Origin: a virus
Lineage: Duplodnaviria; Caudoviricetes
Virus record (IMG/VR): IMGVR_UViG_3300037714_000168
Coordinates: 1-40,448 of that record
Length of the DNA: 40,448 nt
Direction: 5' to 3' (one strand)
How positions within the stretch are numbered: the first letter of the stretch is position 1; every line of letters begins with the position of its first letter. Position numbers and translations under genes: made by a program. The notes beneath the pieces are model-generated. The model did no database searches and was not told where the DNA came from. It saw nothing but the letters and a program-made list of their open reading frames with translations. Below, piece after piece: positions 24,416 through 32,863 of this stretch.

Positions 24416-24558
24416 CATGCTCCCCATTGTTCCCTGCCCGTGTCCGTTGTTCATGCGCGCGACCCTAGCGGGTGATCCAGGGCATATCCATACATTCCTA
24501 TGGTTAATTACCAAGATTTAATAGGTTCCCGGTCCTAACGGCCAGATAGGCAGACCAC

Positions 24559-24768
24559 ATGCGCGATGAAGCCCCTCTCATCGTCTACCAGTCCGGCCCG
24601 GCATTCGAGCGGCTGTGTCCGAAGTGCGGCCGGTTCATGAAGTTCCCGGACACGCTGGAATACCGGCAGAACTGGCTATCCGAGCTGTGCGAGTTCCCGA
24701 AGCTCGATTGCAGCAAGTGTGGGCCGGTCCAGCCGGTGCATGTCGGATGGGCGGGGGATTTCGAGTGA
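24559..24768 (+). CDS. Zinc-finger protein
   Basis: CPKCG and CSKCG. Confidence 0.6.
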   Translation: MRDEAPLIVYQSGPAFERLCPKCGRFMKFPDTLEYRQNWLSELCEFPKLDCSKCGPVQPVHVGWAGDFE

Positions 24769-25127
24769 AGCGCCGCAATCCCGAACAGACCTTCCACCGC
24801 ACGGTCGCCGCCTATCTCACGGCCGTCCTCCCTGAGGGCTCATGGTGGACAACGATACCGGCCGGTGGGGGCGGGCGGTTGCGCGGCGCGATCCTCAATG
24901 GGCTCGGCTATAAGGCCGGCACACCGGACATTCTGGTGATCTATCGCGGTATGGCGGTCTTCATCGAACTTAAGGCGCCGACCGGCACGTTGTCGGCCGA
25001 CCAGAGGCGCACCATCGAAGCGATCCTCGCAACCGGCGCCGATGCCTATGTCTGCCGCACCCTCGAACAGGTGACGGAATGCCTGCGGTTCAATCGTATC
25101 CCGCTCAGAGGAAGGATTGCGGCATGA
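24765..25127 (+). CDS. VRR-NUC nuclease (Holliday junction resolvase-like)
   Basis: E..F...G.KAGTPDI......FIELK...G.LS..Q PD-(D/E)xK motif. Confidence 0.85.
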   Translation: MKRRNPEQTFHRTVAAYLTAVLPEGSWWTTIPAGGGGRLRGAILNGLGYKAGTPDILVIYRGMAVFIELKAPTGTLSADQRRTIEAILATGADAYVCRTLEQVTECLRFNRIPLRGRIAA

Positions 25128-25306
25128 GCGCCGTTATCCACCATCCCGAGGAAGTCTTCCCGCTGTTCGACCTGGCTACCGCCGCCACGGCCCTGTGCAA
25201 CGCCTTGGCTGCCGACCGGCTTCTCCTGGCTGTCCTGGCCCGGCCGGAGCACAGGGCTGTCCACGCCGCAGCGGACAGGCTTAGAGCAGCATTGGAGGGC
25301 GTATGA
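25124..25306 (+). CDS. Hypothetical protein
   Basis: ATGA coupling on both ends. Confidence 0.5.
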   Translation: MSAVIHHPEEVFPLFDLATAATALCNALAADRLLLAVLARPEHRAVHAAADRLRAALEGV

Positions 25307-25536
25307 GCGAGAAGATAGGGCTAGGCGACAAGCTGACGTGCGGCCTTTGTCGGATGAGCTTCATCGTCGAATACCAGAACGGTGAATCCCTGCGGTGCCC
25401 TGACTGCAAGAGGCCGTTCTGGTGTGTAACTCATGGCCCGCGAAGCTGCGAGTGCGGCATCCACCCTGACCATCGAACGGAATGGAAAGACGGGGTTATT
25501 CGCGGGGGCTACAACCCGGACGGTACACCAGCATGA
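25303..25536 (+). CDS. Zinc-finger protein
   Basis: CGLC...CPDC; GGAGG RBS. Confidence 0.6.
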   Translation: MSEKIGLGDKLTCGLCRMSFIVEYQNGESLRCPDCKRPFWCVTHGPRSCECGIHPDHRTEWKDGVIRGGYNPDGTPA

Positions 25537-25579
25537 CCGCAGCGGACGCGCTCAGGGCGGCGGTGGAGGGGGTGGCGAA

Positions 25580-25783
25580 ATGAAGCTCAGCCATCGCGGC
25601 CACCACGCCCTTCACCGCCTCATCCGTGGCGGCCCGCAGAACATCAACGGCATGGTGCCGTTCAGGACACTCTGCCTGACGCTCGCCGATGCCGGGCTGG
25701 TCAAGGTCACGGTCGAGATCACCGCGGCCGGTCTGGCTGCCCATGCCGAGGGGCCGCCGGAGAAGATCTGGGCTTGGAAATGA
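25580..25783 (+). CDS. Small winged-helix-like hypothetical protein
   Basis: L.DAGLV....ITAAG pattern; GGAGG RBS. Confidence 0.5.
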   Translation: MKLSHRGHHALHRLIRGGPQNINGMVPFRTLCLTLADAGLVKVTVEITAAGLAAHAEGPPEKIWAWK

Positions 25784-26013
25784 CGCGCATCGCCACCCCA
25801 TCAGATACCGCCCACCCGCTGATCCGGCAGCTGTATGCCTTGATCGTACAGCTCGAAACCAATCCCGGCGCGCTGTCCGGCAAGGCCGGGCTCTGCCCTA
25901 ACGCCGTCTGGCGCATCCTGAAATGCAAGCGCAGCACCCGCATCGACATGATGGACAGGGTACTGGCCCCGCTCGGCTACGAGCTGGTGATCCGGCCGAA
26001 GAGGGGCGAGTAG
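25780..26013 (+). CDS. XRE-type HTH protein
   Basis: LSGKAGL....V.R.......RID....VL..LGYEL. Confidence 0.65.
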   Translation: MTRIATPSDTAHPLIRQLYALIVQLETNPGALSGKAGLCPNAVWRILKCKRSTRIDMMDRVLAPLGYELVIRPKRGE

Positions 26014-26870
26014 TGGCGCGCATCCGCACCATAAAGCCTGAATTTCCACAGTCGGAGAGGATGGGCAAGGTCTCTCGCGAAGCGCGTCTCCTTTTCGTGA
26101 ACATGTGGACACTTGCAGACGACGAAGGGAGGCTTCGCGCGGCGTCGCGAATGCTCGCGAGCCTTCTCTACCCATACGACGACGATGCACCGGACCTGAT
26201 CGAAGGGTGGCTTGGCGAGCTGGAGCGGGTAAGGAGCATTCATCGCTACGTCGTGGATGACACCACCTATGCACAGGTCACTAACTGGTTGGAACATCAG
26301 AAGATTGACCGGGCATCAAAGTCGCGCTTGCCGGCTCCCGGAGAACCCTCGCGACAATTCGCGAGCCCTCGCGAGGTTTCACCCCCCTACCTAGGACCTA
26401 GGACCTTGGACCAAGACCTAGGAAAGAGTGCTGATGCTTGCGCACGCGACCCTCGCTTGAAAGCCGTTGGCGAGCGTGTGCTCGCTCTCTGCGGCGATAG
26501 CCCGAATCTGCTGCACTACGCCAGGGTCGAAACTTGGCTGGGCAGCGGAGCCGACCCCGAGCTGGATATTTTCCCAACAATCACCGCCGTGGTTGCCAAG
26601 CTCGGCAAGGCGCCAAGCAGCTTGAACTATTTCGACGGCCCGATTGCCGATGCCGTAGCGCGGCGGACCAAACCCATGCCGACCGGTGATCCTTTCGAGC
26701 CGCCAGCCTTCCTCGACCGTCGTCCCAAATCCCGTGCCCAGGAGCAAGCCGATGCAGCCGCAGTCGTCTTCGGAGCCGTCAATCAGCGTGTCAATGGTCC
26801 AGGCAATCAACCAAGTCCTGCAAGAAATCCGCGTTTGCTACCAGCCGCCATCGGGAGCAAAGACGCCTGA
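26013..26870 (+). CDS. Replication initiator (replisome organiser-like)
   Basis: MARIRTIKPEF...ARLLF..MW..ADDEGR...NWLEHQKI; internal iteron-like repeats. Confidence 0.8.
   Translation: MARIRTIKPEFPQSERMGKVSREARLLFVNMWTLADDEGRLRAASRMLASLLYPYDDDAPDLIEGWLGELERVRSIHRYVVDDTTYAQVTNWLEHQKIDRASKSRLPAPGEPSRQFASPREVSPPYLGPRTLDQDLGKSADACARDPRLKAVGERVLALCGDSPNLLHYARVETWLGSGADPELDIFPTITAVVAKLGKAPSSLNYFDGPIADAVARRTKPMPTGDPFEPPAFLDRRPKSRAQEQADAAAVVFGAVNQRVNGPGNQPSPARNPRLLPAAIGSKDA
26347..26423. repeat. Candidate replication origin iterons inside initiator gene
   Basis: TCGCGA x3 at 10-bp spacing (26349, 26359, 26369) then ACCTAGG-type 7-mers x5 from 26389. Confidence 0.55.
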
Positions 26871-27240
26871 GGACATGGCGATTTGGGTGTCGGCGTTCTC
26901 GCGTGCTGTGGCCGATGAGGCAAGCAACGCGGATGAGGTTGCAGCGGCATGGCGAGAGTTTCGGCTGGATCACAGCCGCGGCTTCTGGCCGACGCCGGGA
27001 GCGTTCTGCGAGGCTATCCGGTCACTGCGGCGGAAGCGTCGGGAATTCACGCCGGAAGACACGACGATGAAGCGGTTGACCGAGCCGGACTATCATCGGC
27101 CGGAGAGGGTCAACCTGCACACTCGGCTTCGGACCATGGCAGCAATCGACCAAGCCCGCGCCATCCCAGGTCCGCTTGGCACCATGTTGGTCAAGCTCGG
27201 CGAGACGATCATCGCCCGCAACGGCGCCTCGGAGAGTTGA
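26752..27240 (+). CDS. Probable helicase loader/inhibitor
   Basis: Follows initiator; FWPTPG motif; GGAG RBS. Confidence 0.55.
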   Translation: MQPQSSSEPSISVSMVQAINQVLQEIRVCYQPPSGAKTPEDMAIWVSAFSRAVADEASNADEVAAAWREFRLDHSRGFWPTPGAFCEAIRSLRRKRREFTPEDTTMKRLTEPDYHRPERVNLHTRLRTMAAIDQARAIPGPLGTMLVKLGETIIARNGASES

Positions 27241-27241
27241 G

Positions 27242-27475
27242 ATGGGATATCACGGGATTGTCGAAGCAGTCTTTGCCGGCGCACTCGGCCCGGACGTTGA
27301 AGAGCCCGAGGAAGTGGCCGCCGGGATGCGCAAGTTGCTGGAACGCCATCTAGAGCAGGCCGGCTACTGCATCGCGCCGCTGGAGCCGACGCGGGAAATG
27401 GAAGATGAGGCGGCGGCATGCTTTGATGACACGGCAGCTTATAAAGCCATGATCTCCGCTCGGCCCAAGGAATGA
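27242..27475 (+). CDS. Hypothetical protein
   Basis: AGY.IAP.EPT.EM......YKAMI.A.P family pattern. Confidence 0.65.
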   Translation: MGYHGIVEAVFAGALGPDVEEPEEVAAGMRKLLERHLEQAGYCIAPLEPTREMEDEAAACFDDTAAYKAMISARPKE

Positions 27476-28029
27476 CCATGCCCTGGTACGTCGTTTATAC
27501 GAATGCCAACCGCGAGCAATTCGCCCTCGAGCACCTGATCCGCCAGGGCTACGAAACCTTCTGGCTGCATCACCGGAAGACCGTCCGGCATGCCCGGCAG
27601 GAGCGGCTGGTCACGCGCTCGCAGCTCCCCCGGTACATCTTCGCCGCCGTCCACCCCGGCCAGTCGATCTACGCGATCAACACAACCCCAGGCGTCTCGA
27701 CGGTCCTGCACGGTCCTGCGGGGCCGCTGGAGCTGAGTGCGGACGCCCTAGCCGACCTCAGGGGCAGGGGAGACGCGAACGGCCTGTGTGCCCTTCCCAG
27801 CCCGGTTGAGCGGCAACGCTGGAAGCACGGGGCGACGGTCCGAGTCACGGCTGGCCCGTTTGCCGGGTTTTTAGCCCTAATTGGGGTTGACACCGGGGCG
27901 GCGGTCAAGATATGGATGGACCTGTTCGGCCGGCGGGTCGAAGCGTCATGTCTTCCTGGCGACCTGGAAGCCGCTTCACCCGAACGTGCGGAGCATCCTC
28001 AGCCGCTCCAATACCGCGCCGCAACATGA
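27472..28029 (+). CDS. nusG: NusG/RfaH-family antiterminator (late regulator)
   Basis: WYVVYT...E..A...L.RQG, LPRYIF, TPGVS.VL NGN domain; VRVTAGPFAGF KOW; LFGR. Confidence 0.85.
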   Translation: MTMPWYVVYTNANREQFALEHLIRQGYETFWLHHRKTVRHARQERLVTRSQLPRYIFAAVHPGQSIYAINTTPGVSTVLHGPAGPLELSADALADLRGRGDANGLCALPSPVERQRWKHGATVRVTAGPFAGFLALIGVDTGAAVKIWMDLFGRRVEASCLPGDLEAASPERAEHPQPLQYRAAT

Positions 28030-28096
28030 CAGCCCGCCAGCATTCCGCTCGCGGGCGTTTTGCTGTTCGCTGGTCCGACGACGGAGGCCCTACGCC

Positions 28097-28387
28097 GTGA
28101 CAGAAGGCGTGCTGCGCCAGACGATTGAGCCCGGTGACGCTGTGCTTTGGCGCGAACACCCGCGCCGAATAATGGGTGATTTGAGGAGAGGCATTGCCAG
28201 GGAAATTGACGGTGAGCGGGTCAGTGTCGAGTTTCGCAATTGCCGGCAATGGTTGCCCCTCAGTTCCCTGGAGCGCATGCCGAGCATAGAGGAGGCTTAC
28301 GGCGACAAGCCCGAGGGTATCTACGATGACGATTGGTACGTCGGCCCGGTCGACGAGGGCGTGATTTCTGAATGGCCCATGCCATGA
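28097..28387 (+). CDS. SH3/KOW-like hypothetical protein
   Basis: GGAGG RBS, GTG; PGDAV.W...G....I.G.RV.VEF. Confidence 0.55.
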   Translation: MTEGVLRQTIEPGDAVLWREHPRRIMGDLRRGIAREIDGERVSVEFRNCRQWLPLSSLERMPSIEEAYGDKPEGIYDDDWYVGPVDEGVISEWPMP

Positions 28388-28593
28388 CGGAGACAACGGG
28401 CTATTTCGAGGTCAAGTACAAAGACGGCCGCCAAGACGGCTGGCTTGTCTCGAAAGAGCAGGCTGAAAATGCGTTGAACCGAATGGAGCAGTTCAATCCG
28501 CCGGATTGTCCTAGTCGTATGTGCCGCATCGGTGCGCATGCGGTGGTCGACATGGCCGATGTGACTTCCATGTGTTTTGAGGCTCGCAAATGA
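28384..28593 (+). CDS. Hypothetical protein
   Basis: ATGA coupling. Confidence 0.5.
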   Translation: MTETTGYFEVKYKDGRQDGWLVSKEQAENALNRMEQFNPPDCPSRMCRIGAHAVVDMADVTSMCFEARK

Positions 28594-28694
28594 CCCCCGC
28601 CCGCCGCAAACAGCTCGCCGTGTACCTCCGCCAGGAACGGGTATGGATGAAGAGCAAGGCCAAGCCAAAGCGCAAGGGCGGGAAGCGGTGCTAG

Positions 28695-29204
28695 ATGGCT
28701 GTTGAGCCGCTGACGCCCAACGTTCCTGCTCCAGCCATCCAGCGAGGCCCAGGACGTCCGTCATCTTACAACACGGACACCTGCGCTGAGATATGCCGCC
28801 GATTGGCAGATGGGGAAAGCCTGCGGGCGATCTGCCGGGACCAGATCATGCCTTCGCGGCCGACCGTTTTGCGGTGGGTTGAGGATTTCCCCGAATTCCG
28901 TACCCAATACGCCCGCGCGCGCGAAGCTCAGGCCGATCACTACGCCGAGGAAATCCTTGATATTTCCGACGACGGCGAGAACGACTGGATGTGCCGTGAG
29001 GGCAAGGATAAATCCGAATCCTGGCAGCTCAACGGCGAGCACGTCCAGCGGTCAAAGCTCCGGGTCGACTCCCGCAAATGGCTCATGTCCAAGCTGGCGC
29101 CGAAGAAGTACGGCGACAAGGTGACACAGGAGCTTGTCGGGCCTGGCGGCGGCCCTGTGCAGATCGAGCGCCGCATTGTCGACCCTACAAATCCCGACTC
29201 CTAG
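28695..29204 (+). CDS. terS: Terminase small subunit (Sf6 gp1-like)
   Basis: GRPSSY....EIC.RLA.GESLR.IC....MP...TV.RW...F..QYARARE...R.KL.VD.RKW..SKL.PKKYGDK. Confidence 0.92.
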   Translation: MAVEPLTPNVPAPAIQRGPGRPSSYNTDTCAEICRRLADGESLRAICRDQIMPSRPTVLRWVEDFPEFRTQYARAREAQADHYAEEILDISDDGENDWMCREGKDKSESWQLNGEHVQRSKLRVDSRKWLMSKLAPKKYGDKVTQELVGPGGGPVQIERRIVDPTNPDS

Positions 29205-30423
29205 GGTATTCCTGCCGCTCCTGGAGCCCAGCCGCTACAAGGGCGCATACGGAGGCCGGGGGTCTGGCAAGTCGCACTTCTTCGCCGAGCTGGGGGTTGA
29301 GCGTTGTCTGATGCGCAACGGATCGCGCGGGGTCTGCATCCGTGAAGTCCAGAAGACGCTGAAGGAATCGGCCAAGCGGCTGATCGAGGACAAGATCGGC
29401 GCTCTTGGCGTAGGGGAGCAATTCAACATTCTGAATACGGAGATCGGCACGCCCGGCGGGGGTGTCATCCTGTTCCAGGGCATGCAGGACCACACCGCGG
29501 AGTCGATCAAGAGCCTGGAGGGCTTCGATTGGGCATGGGTGGAAGAAGCCCAGACGCTCAGCGCCCGCAGCCTCGAAATGCTGCGCCCGACGATCCGGGC
29601 GGACGGATCCGAACTGTGGTTCTCCTGGAATCCTCGCTCAGCCACCGATCCGGTCGACCAGCTTCTCAGGGGACCTAACCCCCCAGCCGACGCGGCAGTG
29701 GTTAGGGTGAACTACAGCGACAACCCGTTTTTCCCCAAGGAACTGGCGGCCGAGCGGGAACATGACCGGCTCAACAACCCCGGCCGCTACGGGCATATCT
29801 GGCTCGGGGAATACGAGCCGATGGCTATCGGGGCGATTTGGGACCGGGACAACTTCCGCCGCAACCGCCGGCAGGAAGCACCGGAGATGGAGCGGGTGCT
29901 CGTGGCGGTCGACCCTGCGGTATCGAGCGAGCCCGGATCGAATGAGCACGGGATCATCTGCGCAGGGCAGGGCGTCGACAAGCGCGGGTACGTCCTGGCG
30001 GACGCGACGATCAAGGGCAAGCCGCAGGAGTGGGCGCAGCGGGCTCTAGCGACACATGACCTGTACGAGGCGGACGGCATCGTTGTGGAAGTGAACCAGG
30101 GCGGCGACATGGTGAAGCACACCCTGCAAAGCATCCGGCCGAATGTGCGGATTATCGAGGTCCGGGCCAGTCGTGGAAAGCACGTCCGGGCCGAGCCGAT
30201 CTCAGCCCTGTACAGTGCAGACCGGGTTTCGCATGTCGGCACGTTCATCGAACTGGAGAACCAGATGTGTCAGATGACGGCAGCGGGTTATGAGGGCGAC
30301 GGTAGTCCTGACCGTACTGACGCACTGGTGTGGGCGTTGACCGAGCTTTTTCCGAGCATGATCCGCCGGGCTGCCAAGGTGACGGTAGAGCGGCCGGTGG
30401 TACAGGGTGGGTGGATGGGATGA
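29176..30423 (+). CDS. terL: Terminase large subunit
   Basis: Walker A GGRGSGKS, Walker B WVEEA, SWNP; nuclease VDPA...SPDRTDALVWA; TTG start inferred. Confidence 0.95.
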   Translation: MSTLQIPTPRVFLPLLEPSRYKGAYGGRGSGKSHFFAELGVERCLMRNGSRGVCIREVQKTLKESAKRLIEDKIGALGVGEQFNILNTEIGTPGGGVILFQGMQDHTAESIKSLEGFDWAWVEEAQTLSARSLEMLRPTIRADGSELWFSWNPRSATDPVDQLLRGPNPPADAAVVRVNYSDNPFFPKELAAEREHDRLNNPGRYGHIWLGEYEPMAIGAIWDRDNFRRNRRQEAPEMERVLVAVDPAVSSEPGSNEHGIICAGQGVDKRGYVLADATIKGKPQEWAQRALATHDLYEADGIVVEVNQGGDMVKHTLQSIRPNVRIIEVRASRGKHVRAEPISALYSADRVSHVGTFIELENQMCQMTAAGYEGDGSPDRTDALVWALTELFPSMIRRAAKVTVERPVVQGGWMG

Positions 30424-30581
30424 GTTGCGAACCAAAGCGCCTGCTTACACCGGTAGAGGTCACCAGAGAAGCGTTCCGCATTCTCGGCCGGCTTATGGCC
30501 CCCGGCATTGCGCGGGAGCAGGCTCAAGAGCGGGCGGCAGAAATAGCCCGCTGGTCTGACGACGGAGGGGCTGTGGGATGA
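30420..30581 (+). CDS. 53-aa protein resembling the coat N-terminal arm
   Basis: LLTPVEVTREAFRIL versus coat ILTPTAVTREALRIL; ATGA coupling. Confidence 0.65.
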   Translation: MSCEPKRLLTPVEVTREAFRILGRLMAPGIAREQAQERAAEIARWSDDGGAVG

Positions 30582-30766
30582 AAGACGCGCTGGGCTGGTG
30601 GGCGAATGACGTGGGGGCCGTCGTCTTCGGCCGTGAGGTTGATTGTCGTGTCAGCGTCAGGGAGCCGACCGCGAAAGAACAGGAGCGGTTTACGAGCATG
30701 GGGCTGCGCCTCGGCGAGATTGTTGAGATTAAGCCGGTGGATGACGATGGCGGGGTTGTGGGATGA
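30578..30766 (+). CDS. Hypothetical protein (62 aa)
   Basis: ATGA coupling, GGAGG RBS; ends DDGGVVG. Confidence 0.55.
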   Translation: MKDALGWWANDVGAVVFGREVDCRVSVREPTAKEQERFTSMGLRLGEIVEIKPVDDDGGVVG

Positions 30767-30852
30767 GCGAGCGCGGGGATTTGATGGTGTTGACAGCGTG
30801 CGCACTGGCAATCGCAACGCCGTGGATTCTATGGGCGTTGCTTAATGGCTAA
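30763..30852 (+). CDS. 29-aa TM peptide
   Basis: ATGA coupling; MSERGDLMVLTACALAIATPWILWALLNG. Confidence 0.4.
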   Translation: MSERGDLMVLTACALAIATPWILWALLNG

Positions 30853-32818
30853 AGGCGACTCCTACTCCTCCAAGTCCGACGACGAAATCCTGGAAGAGGC
30901 CAAGGAAGCCTTCACCCGTTGTCAGGACTGGCACTCTGAGAACTACCAGACTGCGCAGGACGATATCCGGTTCGCCCGTCTCGACGATCAATGGCCTGAG
31001 GCTATCAGGAAGCAGCGGGAAAAGGATGCCAAGCCCTGCCTGACGATCAACAAGCTGCCCAGCTTCATCCGCCAGGTGGTCAACGATGCCCGGCAGAACA
31101 AGCCGCAGATCAAGGTGCGGCCGGTCGACAGCGGGTCTGATCCCGAGACGGCGGAGATATTCAACGGCCTCATCCGCAATATCGAACAGTCCAGCAATGC
31201 CGACGTGGCTTACGACACGGCTGCGGACTTCGCGGTGTCAGGTGGGATCGGGTACATCCGGGTCACCATCGAATACGCGCACGACGACACGTTCGACCGG
31301 GAACTCAGGATCGAGCGGGTCGCCAATCCCTTTGCGGTGTTCGGTGATCCCGACAGCACGGCGGCTGACAGCTCGGATTGGAACGTCGCGTTCTTTGTCG
31401 ACAGCATGTCCAAGAAGGAATTCGAGGCGAAGTACAAGGACGCCGAGAAGGTCGACTGGGATTCCGAGGGCTATACCGGGCTGGGCGAGCCGTGGCTTGA
31501 GGGCGATAACGTCCTGGTCGCAGAGTACTGGTTCCGTGAGGAGGCCGACCGCGAGCTGGTGATGCTGTCGGACGGCCGGGTCATGGATCGCGAGACATTC
31601 GAGCAGGGTGCCGATCTGGCCGAGGCCGAGGGCGTCCAGATTGTCGATACGCGCACGACCAAGACGCACAAGGTCAAGATGTGCCTGCTGACCGGCGCCG
31701 AGGTTCTCGAGGAGCATGAGTGGGGCGGGAAGTACATCCCGATCATCCCCGTCTATGGCGACGAGATCAACCTGGAGGGCAAGCGGTACTTCCGCAGCCT
31801 GATTCACAGCGCCAAAGACGCCCAGCAGATGTTCAACTATTGGCGCACGTCAGCAACCGAATTGGTTGCGCTGGCTCCCAGGGCGCCGTTCATCGGCAAA
31901 TCCGGCACGTTCGATACCGATCTGGCGAAGTGGGATACGGCGAACACGCAAAACCACAGCTTCATCCAGTACGACGGCGACGTTCCGCCCCAGCGCCAAG
32001 CCTTCGCGGGTGTCCCGGCCGGGCATCTCCAGGAGGCCCTCAACGCCTCGGACGACATGAAGGCGATCATGGGCATGTACGAGCCGGCGCTCGGACAGAA
32101 ATCAAACGCTGTCTCCGGTGTCGCGATTCGTAACCTCCAGCGCGAAGGCGATACATCAACATTTCATTTCCTGGACAACTTGGCTCGCGGTATCAGGCAG
32201 GTTGGCCGGGTGATCATCGACCTGATCCCCAAGGTCTACACGGGGGAACGGATTATCCGCGTGCTGGGCAATGACGGGTCGGTTGATCGTGTTCCGCTTG
32301 GCCAGCCGACGCCGGTCAAGGGGCCGGGGGGCCTGCCGCAGCAGGGGCCGGACGGCAACCCGATCATGAAGGTGTTTGACCTGACTGCCGGCAAGTACGA
32401 CCTGACGGTCGAGACCGGGCCGAGCTACACGACGCTCCGGCAGGAGGCCGCTCAGAGCATGGTCGAGATGGTCCAAGCGTTCCCGCCGCTGGCCCAGGTT
32501 GCCGGCGATCTGCTGTTCAAGAATCTGGACTGGCCGGGCGCCGATGAGATTGCCGAGCGGCTGAAGGCCATGAATCCCGCGGCCCAGGGTGAAAACCCGG
32601 AGATGGCGAAGATGAAGGCCGAGCTTCAGAAGCTCACGCAGGAAAACCAAATGTTGAAGCTTCAGGCTGCCGGCATGAAGGCGGACAAGTCCGTTGGCAT
32701 GATGGGCGCCGAGACAGACAAGTTTGCAGCCCAGACGGATCGGCTGGAGGTAATCGCGGATGCGATGAAGCCCCCACCGCAACCCCGTCCGATGCCTGCT
32801 GCTGCCGGCCGCCGTTAG
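30845..32818 (+). CDS. Portal protein (P22 gp1-like)
   Basis: DDIRF....QWP......R.....PCLTINKLP.FIRQVVND.RQN, KDAQ.MFNYW, GKYD..V.TGPSY.T.RQEAA. Confidence 0.95.
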   Translation: MAKGDSYSSKSDDEILEEAKEAFTRCQDWHSENYQTAQDDIRFARLDDQWPEAIRKQREKDAKPCLTINKLPSFIRQVVNDARQNKPQIKVRPVDSGSDPETAEIFNGLIRNIEQSSNADVAYDTAADFAVSGGIGYIRVTIEYAHDDTFDRELRIERVANPFAVFGDPDSTAADSSDWNVAFFVDSMSKKEFEAKYKDAEKVDWDSEGYTGLGEPWLEGDNVLVAEYWFREEADRELVMLSDGRVMDRETFEQGADLAEAEGVQIVDTRTTKTHKVKMCLLTGAEVLEEHEWGGKYIPIIPVYGDEINLEGKRYFRSLIHSAKDAQQMFNYWRTSATELVALAPRAPFIGKSGTFDTDLAKWDTANTQNHSFIQYDGDVPPQRQAFAGVPAGHLQEALNASDDMKAIMGMYEPALGQKSNAVSGVAIRNLQREGDTSTFHFLDNLARGIRQVGRVIIDLIPKVYTGERIIRVLGNDGSVDRVPLGQPTPVKGPGGLPQQGPDGNPIMKVFDLTAGKYDLTVETGPSYTTLRQEAAQSMVEMVQAFPPLAQVAGDLLFKNLDWPGADEIAERLKAMNPAAQGENPEMAKMKAELQKLTQENQMLKLQAAGMKADKSVGMMGAETDKFAAQTDRLEVIADAMKPPPQPRPMPAAAGRR

Positions 32819-32828
32819 GCGGCTTTTT
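32808..32828 (+). terminator. Intrinsic terminator after portal
   Basis: GCCGCC-GTTA-GGCGGC-TTTTT. Confidence 0.75.
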
Positions 32829-32863
32829 CATGACTGCCACTAACCCCTGAGGAGTGGACTCTT

